From Paraspadella gotoi (lineage: Eukaryota > Animalia > Chaetognatha): a DNA stretch of 64,000 nt. Under the pieces are notes generated by a model. The model saw only the letters and a list, made by a program, of their open reading frames with translations. It made no database searches and was not told where the DNA came from. Shown one piece after another: positions 38,012-50,500 of the stretch. Every line of letters starts with the position of its first letter. Positions within the stretch are counted from its first letter, which is position 1. Both the position numbers and the translations under genes were made by a program. The DNA lies in the NCBI GenBank assembly GCA_051294375.1, contig CM119267.1:12595081-12659080 (forward strand). The letters are read 5' to 3'.

Positions 38012-40199
38012 AAATAATTTTTGAAATGTTAGACAGATTTTTGTGAAAGAAAGGAGAGGGAGTGAGAGAGAGAGAGAGAGAGATAGGGCAAAGTTTCCAA
38101 CACAGAGTTGAGAAAGAATAGTGGTCAAGTGGTGAGGACAGGTTAAGAGTGAGGACAGATAGAGAATTTAGTTTTGAATAGGAAATGAAATGGTCAGAGT
38201 GAGAGAGATTGAGAGAGAGAGAGAGAGAGAGGGAGAGAGAAAATAATAATACATTTCAAAATGTACAACAAATAAAAATTATTTAAACTAAATAAACACG
38301 AGTCTGTTGTTTACTTTCAAACATCGCCGTAATTAAAATGCTGTAATTAAAATGATTACTAAATATCGGTCATACGGCAAAGCATTATTATTATACTAAT
38401 GTTCACACCAATTTGATTAATTTTGATTAATTACTATTAATTTTAATAATAACTTGTTCAACTTTCATTAAATAAGAGCAGAGACTATACTTTCTGTAAT
38501 TTCAATTTCAATTATTTAAATACCTTATTTTCATCGAAAAAAATTAAGAATGATTTTCATTCGCCACTTTGGCTTTTTCATGGTCTTACGGAGACGAACT
38601 CAGACGTGCTGAGCTCAGGGAAGGGCTCGTATTGCTGTCCGCAGCCTCAGTTCGCTAAGGCCGTCGAGTGCCGCAATGCGTTCTTCCGACGGGCGACGCC
38701 GGCGGCGGTCGGGACAGCGACAACTCCGAATTTTATTTCGAGTTCGACGCCGTCTTCGGTCGTTCGTTCGTACGCAATGACAGCTCTAGAGAAGGTGTTA
38801 GTTTCGATCGGCGGCTGCATAGGAACTTATGAAATTGGTACAACCAATATAAAATTCTTGCCCCTGACTNNNNNNNNNNGGCCTCCATCACATTATATTA
38901 TTATCGTTTTCGTTTTGCGTTTCGGTGCAAAGATGGGTTGGGTAGATGCCCTCACCCTGGCGGCCAGTAGAGGGAGGGGGCCAGGTGCCAGGTGTGTGTG
39001 GCATGTATATCATAACCCAGAAGTGCCCGAGACGCTAGAGATGCAGTCGAGAAGGGTAAGGAATTCAGAAGCCTAAAGTGATGATAAATACATCGATATA
39101 TTTTCCGAAATTTTCTCACCTAGACTTAATATATATATATATATAATTAAATTTACATTTTAGTTCTGAACTGTTTGGCCGGAAGTTTCGAATTATTTTC
39201 AAAATAATTTATTTTTGTTACGTTTTTTCATATTAGATGCAGCGCAGATTTATTTTTGTCCTGAATTTACTTTTCCACAATTTAGCTATATGTGATCAAT
39301 TGTAATACTGTTATAACTATTGAGATTATTTGTACTACTGCTTTACATATGATCATTTGTACACATTGTGTAGCTTACTCGTCTATTTGCCATTTAACAA
39401 AATTTGTTTTGGGGGGGATATGTTAGTTATATTTTAATTAGCCTCCAATTTAGTAATTAACTTTCATTCAAATTTTATCTTTCTAAATTTTCTCAGTTCC
39501 AAAGTTTAATATTTCATAGATTCCCAGGAACTCGGCATCTATTTTATAAACATTTTGTCTAATTAGAATAAACAAAGGAAGAGAGACGAGAAGGTGGCCG
39601 AGATTTTAGTGTATTCCATTTTTAGATCTCAAGGGAGTAAGACGCAATATTTTATCAACTGTTTTATTAACTAATACAACTTTGGCAATCTACAATTATT
39701 TCAGGTAACTTCAAAAACTAATTAGACAGATTATGCATAATCCAGCTCTCTATCTGACATCTATTGAGGGTCACAGGTCACGTTACCGACAGCCTTCTGC
39801 GTAAATCGTAAAATTTATAATACATTTTTTTTATACATAAATGTTCATTAGTATAATGTTGTTCATTTCTCACTTTTAGAATTTTAATTAAAGTTAAATT
39901 TAAAATTTTTACTACTGCCCGGTCTACCCTTTCATTCAAGCACCTCCCACCCCATTCCCACGCCCCCCCCGCCCCAATGTTTCGTATTTTATCTCTGCAT
40001 ATCTTTCAAACTCTGACGGTTAGAATCTTCCCAATTTTTCTTTTCGCCGTTTGCCCTTTGTTTTCATCCTCGGATCCCGCGTAGAATTCCAACCATAGGT
40101 TTTCTTTCACGTGGCCACGGTAGGGGATCGCCAACTGGTTTTGGGAACTGGAAGCGAGGACGGCAGCAACGGGCCTCGACGGTAGTTGCAACAATAATA

Positions 40200-40455
40200 T
40201 ACTATCTTGGAAAAAAGTATATGACATAATTCATTTATTCAATAAAAAGTATATAAAACATAGGTAAAACATCATGATGACATTCTCAATATTTGGTATA
40301 CCTTTCCTCGGCATTAACTACTACCTGCTTTTGTCTGGGTATGCTTTTATACAGCAAATTGAGGTATGACAGTGAAATGTTTTTCGACATCTTTAACACA
40401 ATTTTGCGCAGCCCCGATATTAATGTTACGCATCTTTCCCTCTTTTCTGAGAGCT
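40200..40455 (-). pseudogene. Second Tc1-family transposase C-terminal remnant
   Basis: Minus-strand ISLSYLNLLYKSIPRQKQVVVNAEERYTKY* (stop at 40286) matches the Tc1 L..SMP.R...V..A.G..TKY tail. Confidence 0.65.
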
Positions 40456-41962
40456 ATAATAATACTTTTTTGAACCAAAAAAGGTGCAAGGCTTTTAGCA
40501 TTGCCAAATTAAAAAAATATTTAAAAAATAATTAACTCTATTTAAAATAAAAACAAATAACTAAATACTAAAAATGGTAAAAAATTAAATACATTTTTTG
40601 TTACCATTTTTCATTTGAAGTAACAATATTTTTTGCCTGTAACTTCTAAACGATTTGACCTACAAAAAAATAAAAGGAAGCTACTCACTATGATCGAAGT
40701 GAATGTTAAAATCGAAAAATTATACTAATGACATATTCGGATAGCTTAACACGAGTAATTCTTGAAAACTTTAGAGGTTATTCCCATAAATTTTTAATAT
40801 TTCCAAAAAGGACAAAAATGTTTCATTTTATTTTTTACGTTTCCTAAAGATGAATCAAACGCTAAGCGGAGTTTTTTTGGCTTTATTTAATTATTTTTAC
40901 CTCTCAAATACGGTAAAATGAAATTTTAAAGAGAAAAAAATGATTCAATAAGTTAAACCACTTCAAAATCGCAGTTAAAAAAATAATTTACTTAGTAAAT
41001 GGTTCTTATCGGGGTGTTAAAAAAAAAATTAATTTGAAAATCATTTTGGCATTACTCATTTTGCGGATCGTTGCGGATGAAATCCCGAACACATCAAGTG
41101 CGTTATAATATCAATCATTTTATTTAATTAGAATGGTAGTGATTCCCCATGATTCCCTTTATATTTTAAGCTAGTTTTCAAAAACTCAGATACAGTAAAA
41201 CCTTTTTAGAACAAATTTGTATTTAATCCATGCTTGGTATCCAGTTGTTTATCAATATTTAAAAAAAAAAGTAAATTCATCATAAAGTTCCTGGAATATA
41301 GCTCGACAAAGTGAGTCTGAAATAGAGAAAGCCTTATATCTCCTAAAGAAATGATTTTTGACAACTGATATTGCTTGAGAGGTTTCCGATGATAGTCCCT
41401 AATTAATTAAAAGCATATATATTTTTGTACGATGGACTACACTTTTTCCGAGAAAAAAAATTATTTCGATGATAGTGCTACTGAAAAGAAATTCAATATA
41501 GATTCAAAAACGTTCTGATTTTTTAAAAATTAAATAAGTTTACGAGTAGATATCTTTTATTAAAAATGTCCTATACTTTTTTCCTAGATAGTAAAGGAAG
41601 CGTTCCTCCAGCTTCATGCCTTGGGGGGAAAAGGCTGCGGTGGCGCACGCAGCGGCGGGAGCAGCAGCGGTGGGAGCGGCAGTGGCTGTGGCGGCAGCGG
41701 AGGCCGCGGAGACGGCGGGTCAGAGCACGATCGAGTTATGAGTGTCCAGGTGAACGAAGGTGTTTGTTTTAAATGGATACGGGGCTCGTCGAAGTTGGAT
41801 AGATTGAGACGAAAGTGTGAGAGAGAGAGAGAGAGAGAGAGAGCAAGCTACAGACAAAGAGAAAGAGAGAGTGAGAGTGATTCGACCTCATAAGTTGAAA
41901 GTATGTTTGCGACGGGCGACAAATGGCTGGTGGTCGTCGTCACCGTCGTCGTGTTTGTCCTT

Positions 41963-41995
<33 letters not shown>

Positions 41996-42623
41996 TCCGT
42001 CGATGATAAATATAGTGCCTGATGCTAATAAAATTCCACGGGGAAAAAAATCGTGCGGGTTTCTCCTTTATTGAAATTGCTCGGGCCGCGTCCATAAAGA
42101 ATTTACTTTATATTCACGGTTCAGCCGTTTATTTTTTTTTTCTGTACTTACCGTCATTCTCCTTTGTCTCGGTAGACGAAAATAATGTTTTTAACAATAA
42201 AATTTCTAGCTTCTACTAATTTTTTTGTAACTGTAACGTGTAATGTTTTCGTATTTTGGAATAACTATTTCACTGAAGCCATTTTTTTCTGCCATTGTGG
42301 ACAATCGCCACGATAGTGGGTGACGACCACAAAAGCGACGGCGCTGGCGAAAACGATTATGACCTCGATGATCTTGAATGATGATAAACGAAGACCACGA
42401 CGACGGCGACGACGACTACAACGACGATAACGACGACGACGAAGACGAGGCGCTAAAAATTCGCGAAAACTTGGACGAAAATGTTTTTCACCTTGACCTA
42501 AACGTTACCAAATTTTTTTAGTCGGATCTGCTTATCAGCTGATTCCGACTCTATAATCCACTTTGTCGGTTCGTTGGCCCCCCCTTAAATCTTGTCGGGC
42601 ACTCACTTAGATCATGTCAGAAC

Positions 42624-44118
42624 TAGGGTTCCGTTAACCGCTAATTTTTAAAGAACTTCGCTTAACTTCGGTTAACCGTTAAAATCGGTTAATTTTATAA
42701 TTTAACTTTAAATTTAAAATATTAATATTTAAAACTAATTAAAGTATTTAATGGTATTTTCTCCTTAACTCCGGCTCCTGAATCGTCTTTATCTTCTATT
42801 TCAGATAGATGAGGTACACATTATAGTTGATAAATGAGAAAATTGGTTTGAGAAAACTATCTTGAATCTACCCATCAGCTAATCAAATAAAGCATTATAA
42901 TAAATCTTTCTTTTGACTCGTAGCATAATAAAAATATGAAAAAAGACAATGAAATAAAAAGCATAATGTAATTCTAATTATGAATATTTTGTTTTCTCTT
43001 TCTCTTTCTTTCTTTCGCTTTTCCTTTTTTTTCCCCTATTTCTCTTCCTCATTATTTTTATAGTTGTTAGTTTCTTGAAAGCATGTTTTCTGTTTTAGTC
43101 TTTCATAAACAATGACCATAAATATAAATATAATTATGAATATTGTGTTAACTGTTAAGACTTTCTTTTCGTTGCGTTTATAGATAAGTGAAAGCAAAGT
43201 TTATTTGTTAACAAACAACGGGTTTTTATTTAAAAAAAACTGACATGTTTCGACTCTCACGCGCTGATGTAGCCTCGGAAAAACTAGAGTTGAAACATCT
43301 CCGTTTTTTGTAAAGAAATAAACTTTGTTTTCTCTTAATTATGAATATCAATTTATTAATTTAATGGTTGAATGATCGATTGATCAAAAGAGTTATTAAT
43401 TAATAAATATTTTTTTCAATTTTATTAAAGTAAAGTATATCATCATTGAAAGATAGTTTTAGTTAGCCTTAATGTCTTTTCAAATATTTATTCCATCTAT
43501 TGTTCATTTTTTATATGTTTTCTAATAATTTTTTTTATTTTAGTTTTTTTTTAATTTATTCGGTTTTATTTTATTTACTTCCTTGTTCATTTTAAAAAGG
43601 GAAAAAAAAGTGAAAAAAAGTAAAATTAGAAAGATTATTTATTTTTTATTAGCAAAATAGAATATTATTACATGTAAAAATTTTATTTGCAAGAAAATAT
43701 ATGCAGATGCATATCATATTTCAAAATATTCTTTGATGTAAATGTATAAAATTAGCTGAAAGGAAAAACGAAAACAATTACGAGAAAGTAAAAAAAAATA
43801 CTGAAAGGGCAGAAAAAAATGATAAGAGATTAGGATATAAAAAAGTTTATAAAGGGTTGAAAATAACAAAGGAAAAAAAAGGGAAAAAATGTAGAAGAAA
43901 CAGGGGGAAAAATATAGTGAGAGAGGGAGAGGAGGATAAGAGAAGACAGGAAAAAAAACTTTTCTCCTAAAAAATCAAAGTTTTCATAACAAAAAATAAC
44001 AAAAATCATACTTGAAAATTAACCGAATTTACCTGTTAAAATAAATATATTAACGGTTAAGTTAAAATTATTTTTAACCGTTAATAACCGTTTACTGTTA
44101 ACGGTTATCGGAACTCTA
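42624..44118. mobile_element. Non-autonomous hAT-type element B (duplicates 51167-52689, 62449-63970)
   Basis: 17-bp imperfect TIR TAG(G/A)GTTCCG(T/A)TAACCG; 8-bp TSD GTCAGAAC; clustered subterminal TTAACCG motifs. Confidence 0.85.
43160..43335. mobile_element. Older, degenerate inverted pLTR/hammerhead (also at ~51710-51890 and ~63000-63180)
   Basis: gacatgtttcgactc ... gctgatgtag...gagttgaaacatctccgt, with opposed AATAAA/aaactttg flanks; the core is mutated. Confidence 0.6.
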
Positions 44119-45573
44119 GTCAGAACATCGAATTATGATAAGTTGTGCAAAAAAATGTCCGTCCGTCCGTCAGTCTGAAAGTCCCTCCCACCTTTTCATT
44201 AAACTCCAATTACCCGTGATTGGATGGATGGATTGAAATAAAATTTTGTGTGTGGGTGGGAAAGTGTGTGAATAAGCTGGATATAAAGTAGGACTGGAAA
44301 AGAGTTTAAATTAGAAAAGCAAAAGACACATTTATTTGAATTTTTAAAAGTTTACCTTTCTCTATCCCTTTGATTGATTGATTTATCTATTGTTTGATCA
44401 AATTATGCCAGTTGATAAAATTATGCCAGTTGATGTCTGTTAATGTTAATGCAACTTGATTAAATTATGTAAGTTATTCAAATTATGCAAGTTAATCAAA
44501 TTATGCAAATTGACCAAATTATGCAAAATTACCAAATTATGCAAGTTAACTAAATTATGCAAGTTGGTATTGGCGCAGCTACTGGTAATGATTGATAGAT
44601 CAATTGATTTATAGATTTTTTCATATATTTTATATATATATATATATATTTTCATATATTTTTCATATATGTTAAGATCACAAATTGAAAGTCAGAAAAT
44701 ATTACCGTGATTTATCTTCGGATTAGCTTATTACCGCTTAATTATCATAGGCAGATCCGACGTCGTTTGCTCAAACTTTTTTTTTAATCTTTGACTTTGG
44801 TTCTTGTTTTATTTGGTTATTTTTCATTCACACACAATCTCTGATTTGAAATCCAATAAGTATAACACTAAGGCTCTAAGGCACTATAGCCTGCCTAATG
44901 CCTATTGTCCAAAGTCAGGGGCACGATATTAGTAAGTTTTTTGAAACAATAAATAATTTTCTAATGGTTGTACTAATTTCATTTTTGTCATCTACTTGTA
45001 TTTTGATGCTAGTGCCGAGTATATTAAAGTAATCCCCGATCTGCTACTTTAAGAGTGATCCTTTTATCCAACGGAAACAGTTCAAAAAATATTATACGAA
45101 TTAATTGAAAGGGTTTGGTTGTTAATAAACGAGACTAGACCTTAATGGTCTAAACGAGACTGCGAGAAAGTCTTGTAAAAGGGATGGCGTCATTAACCCA
45201 CCAATATTAATGGGTAATTTTAATATAGGTTGTACCAATTTCATTTGATCTGAATCCTAAAAAGAATCTTTTTTTAAAATTAATTCATCCAGAAGCTCGC
45301 GCACCCGTGACCTCACCTTTGCAGCAGTTTAAGGAGAGAAGGAGAAAGAGAGAGAGAGAGAGAGATAGGATGAGAATAGCATAAGAGAAATGGGTGATTT
45401 TTTTTTCTGAGGAAAGCTCGAGTCTCGCGCTTCGGAGCGACGACGAAAATAACTCGTCTTAATCGATTCTTGATTTGAACTTTTTTTATATCTTCTTCTT
45501 CTTTAAAAAGTTTCAAAGAGAAAAAAAAGATGATCACCTCCGTCTTTCTCCCATTCTTCATCCTGACTGGATG

Positions 45574-45666
<93 letters not shown>

Positions 45667-47123
45667 CTTGCCATTCGTCACTTCTTCGGTCATTGACCTA
45701 TAACTCGAATGACAACGGCTGAAAAAGAAAAGAGAAGAGCTGTCTGATGTTAATTCTCTTTTTTCATTACTTCTTTCACTTACTTCCTCACGTTTCGCAT
45801 CATGACCGGTGGAGACTTTTTGCCGAACTGACTTTTTGACTTTTCGTCGTCCTAATCGTCTTAATCGTCGTCGCTTTGTCGCTTTCGTCGTCGTAGTCAT
45901 CGTCTTCGTCGTCTTCATAGTCGCCAGCGTCTTTGTCGTCTTCATCTCCGTCACTTTCGTCTTCGTTGTCGTCGCTTTCGTCGACATCGTTTTCGACGTC
46001 GTTGTCATCGTCGGCCTTGGCGTCGACTCCTAATTTCCGTTAAGTTAATGAGCGTGAGTCGTTAAGCGTGAGTCGCGCTTATGTTGTTTTCGTCGTTGTC
46101 GTCGTTGTCGTCGTTTCTCTCTTTTTATTTATCTCCTCCTTCGTTCACCTTTTTTTTTTGACGAGAACGTCTTTTTTTGTCCAAATTCTTTAACCGAAGA
46201 TCAATAATTATTTTTTACGTTTCTGACTGTTGGATTTGTTTCGTCTTTCTGTTTCCGTCTTCCTTTTGTTAGAAATAGTGTAGTATGTTATATGTACTAA
46301 AATTCAATTTTCTTTTTAACTCATTAATTCGCTTTCTGATTTTTTTGAATTGTTCTGATTATTTTTACTCTCACCTCAAAACACGGACTCAGTAGCCCTG
46401 CATTGAATTTTTTACTGCGGCTGAATCAACTTTCGGTGAACTTTACTGTGCTCCCTATTTGACAGGGATACGAAGAATCACGCCGCAGCAGCAAAAATTA
46501 CGGGGATCAAAAACTATGTCTACTTCTAAAAAATAATCATAAACGAAATACTATACTACATTCAAAATACATTCGAAACTCATCCCGAGAACTTTATATC
46601 AACAACGTGTGTTAAATTTTATTCTGCCGATGACATAAAAGTCAAAAGTTTTAGAAAGTCGGCAAAACTCAGACCGCGTCATTAAATTATGTATCTCAGC
46701 AAAAGAAGAGTTGCCTGTCTACGTTTCACGTAAACAAAATGGCGTGCCTCATGATGCAGAGGAAACCTATCAATAAATTGTGTTCTTTCTGCACTAAAAA
46801 AAATGGAAAAAACTATTTTTTTCCTCACGTAATCCTTTTCCTCTGCTACAAAATAATTTTTTGGCAAAATCGTTGGTGTCCTTTAAGGTCAGGGATCAGT
46901 CAATTTAAACATTACGAGAACTTTATATACTATATTAAATACCCCTTCGCATCTCTCTCGTAAGTATTCCAGAAAAAATGGTTTTTCCCCCAAATTTTTT
47001 TTCTCAGTAAACCGTGATTTTCGAGTAAAGACTGATTCTATGGAGAAAATTCTGAGTTGCAATGACGTCATCGCACATCTCGACTATGATGTTGTGCATC
47101 TCGCTAAAGTCAAAAGTACAGAG

Positions 47124-47570
47124 TGAAGAGACAGTAATTATTGTTATGTGTTAGTGACAGAACCATTGAATATAAGCAGTCCCTGAGCTTCGGATCAGGC
47201 TGTAACACCGTGTTACATGCGGGTTAAGCGCCCTGTCCCTCTTAACTGCAAGGCGACCACTGGGCTAGAACCCCGGACCTTTGGGTTGGGAGGCGAATGA
47301 CTTGCCTCCGGCACCAATGGCCACTGATGAACGCTTGGTCGATTTTAGTCCACCATACATCCCCCCTCCCGTAGGGAGAAGTCTGTTGCGTCTCTTCAGT
47401 GAATTGTTGTTGTTGGTGAAAAGTTTGTCACCAAGTTGAGGCATGTCGCCTGATGTGTTGTTGGCGGAAAGTGCATCGCCAGGTTGAGGCATGTCGCCTG
47501 AAAGTGTTGTTGTTGCTGTTGTGTTCGGAAGTCAGGCTCACCAATGAAGAGACAGTAATTATTGTTATGT
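47124..47570 (-). mobile_element. TRIM: 26-bp 5' LTR stub, PBS, 187-bp internal region, PPT, complete 234-bp 3' LTR
   Basis: 3' LTR 47357-47124; PPT 47360-47370; PBS ending at 47543; internal ~50-bp tandem duplication. Confidence 0.88.
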
Positions 47571-50500
47571 ACATAAAATTAGTAACTCTTAAGATATATG
47601 ATTTTTTAAAAAGGATATAGATAAACAAATATTATAATTATAATAATGTGGTTAGTAATGAAAAGGATTTAAAGTATTTTCCTTCACGTAATTCAGGAAA
47701 AATTAAGTGTTTTTGTTCATGCACTGCCTCTCCATAGTGAAATTACAATTAATACTTTAAGTATTATTAAAATTTTAGCACAGGTCTGGGAAGATTCTAT
47801 TTCTAAAACTAAGAAAATGATAAAAGAAAATAGTTATGGTTTTTACTAAAAAAAGGGTATGTACTATAAGTTATTTTACATAAACAATTTCATGATTATT
47901 ACCAGAAAACCTTTTATAACTATTGAGTCAACAATCAGATAATTCTTTATCTTTGTAAAAAATATATTGCCTTGTAACCCTCTTAGTCAATTTTAAACCA
48001 GTATGTTATGGTCTTTATTTTAACTTACATTTATAATATTTTCAAAATTAGTCATGAACGATTCATGAAACGATTAACTTTTGACGAAAAAAAATCTTAA
48101 AAGACTAGGATCGAGCCTCCCTTCAATGATAACCAAATATTGATGCGATGATAACCAAATGATTGATGCGATGATAACCTAGGAAGCCGCTATAGAAAAA
48201 GAAGCCAGTAACTTTTTTCTTATATTTTTGTATCGATAGATGTGGAATGACGGGAATATTGTAAATCTCAAGTTTCGCTTTAATCGGACCTCACATTGTG
48301 GAAAAATCTTAGGAAACCCAACAAAATTTCACCCCTTTTTTTCAACATTCTCGCCTTTTAAGATTTTCGCCGATTCTAACTTCCTCTTACAAACTTATAA
48401 TTCCGCTAGTTAATTTTTTTTTCTTAAACGAGCGAAGGGAATCCACAACTTTCTGTTATTTTATGATTTCTGGGTAAAAAATATAATAAATTACATTAAC
48501 ATTGGAATATTATGAAAGTATAATGTCTTGTGAAGCCTGTGAGAGTTAAATAATTAAAAAATTCGCCTATTTTATTATTGAAAAATGACAGTAAAGTGAA
48601 GAAGTTGAATGTCTTCCGGCTCATTTCAGTAAACATCCCTGTTCTCTAGCATAAAATAATGTTTACTTTTTGCTGGTGGAAAAGAAAGATAAATACTTAG
48701 GCTGTGATGGGGTGAATAATATTTTGTAGAATTTTGTAAGCATGCTTGTAAAATCAGACAAGCAAATATTTAAGTGACAAAAAATTAACATTTTCTTTAT
48801 CCAAAAAACTTTAAAGTTTTACTAGAGTACAATTTAGCCTTTTTTCTTTCAGAATCATTAATAAGAATTAAATTTTCATTTATTCTTATAGGGTGTCATT
48901 AGTTTTAAAATTCATTATAATTTTGACTTAGTTTGACACTCACCCTGTAAGGAGGTTTCAGCATAAGTAATTCTAAAATTGTATCTTGTATGTGCCCTAT
49001 GATTATGGCTTCATTTTGGTACTATTACCATCCCTTTATCTTTATTTTTTCAAAAGATATTAGGAAAAATCAGTTTTTTCTCAACCTTCCTTTTAATTTC
49101 TTTTTAAATAAAAAATTCGCGATTCAAACCGGACTATTTCATTATGTCAAAATCATTATAAAGCTATCAGAATCGCGAAATTCGAAGTCGCTCATGTAAC
49201 AGGAACATATAGCAATCCCGTTTGCAATTTTAAGTTTGTAAACTTTCCCTTTCATTTCTATAGTAAAAATGAGGTTTGAATATTCTCCGGAGATGAGTAG
49301 TGCATTTCCCCTGGCTTGTTTGATATTAAATCCTTTATCAAATGCCATAAAACGAATAGGACAAACTCTTCAGATGTAACACTCTCGGAATCGTGCGTTT
49401 TTACAAGTGTTTTTTAACCGAATTTCTGGCAAACGCGTTTGCAATTTGGGTAGTCAGATTTGAACGGAATTCTCTATTAGAAAAATGTTGAATTTTTTTT
49501 AAGCGAGATTCTCGTCGAGATAACCAAATATTGATGCGATGATAACCAATAATCGATGCGATGATAACCAAATGATTGATGTGATAATAACCAAATGATT
49601 GATGTGATAATAACCAAATGGTTGATGCGATGATAGTCATTCATTGATGTGATGATAATTGTAACGAATAGTCGTCTAAGCGCTACGGTCGGCGTGTTTA
49701 AAGCATAACGACGTTTGTTTACACGCGTTACCAGGGAGATAGAAAACGCGTTTAGTCTGACTTGTTGATGAAGCGAGGAGACGGCATGGGAATAATTAAA
49801 ATGCAGTTTCGTGTTTTCGATCAATGCTCACTTGCCTGACTAGTGAGTATTTAAATGAAATGATCATTAAAATGATAATTGATATATTTAACATGAATTG
49901 ACATTGTTCCCTAATTAATTAAAAGCATATATATTTTGTACGATGGACTACACTTTTTCCGAGAAAAAAAAATTATTTCGATGATAGTGCTACTGAAAAG
50001 AAATTCAATATAGATTCAAAAACCGTTCTGATTTTTTAAAAATTAAATAAGTTTACGAGTAGATATTTTATTAAAAATGTCCTATACTTTTTTCCTAGAT
50101 AGTAATAGGAATCGTTCCTCCAGCTTCATGCTTGGGGGAAAAGGCTGCGGTGGCGCACGCAGCGGCGGGAGCAAGCAGCGGTGGGGAGGCGGCTAGTGGC
50201 TGTGGCGGCAGCGGAAGGCCGCGGAGACGGCGGGTCAGAGCGACGATCGAGTTATGAGTGTCCAGGTGAACGAAGGTGTTTGTTTTTAAATGGATACGGG
50301 GCTCGTCGAAGTTGGATAGATTGAGCAACGAAAGTGTTGAGGGGGGAGGAGAGAGAGAGAGAGAGAGAGGCAAGCTACAGACAAAAGAGAAAGAGAGAGT
50401 GAGAGTGATTCGACCTCATAAGTTGAAAGTATGTTTGCGACGGGCGACAAAAATGGCTGGTGGTCGTCGTCACCGTCGTCGTGTTTGTCCTTGTCTCGTC

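Larger units (their letters stand above)
42517..44780 (+). mobile_element. HINE-like element hosting a hAT-type insertion (duplicates ~51055-53365 and 62341->64000)
   Basis: Both subTIRs present; body resumes exactly after the 8-bp TSD at 44119. Confidence 0.78.

Noticed and set aside
47124-47570. Circularly permuted retrozyme/circRNA monomer
   Set aside because: The apparent permutations are explained by truncated LTR-internal-LTR copies; no ribozyme is found in the unit.
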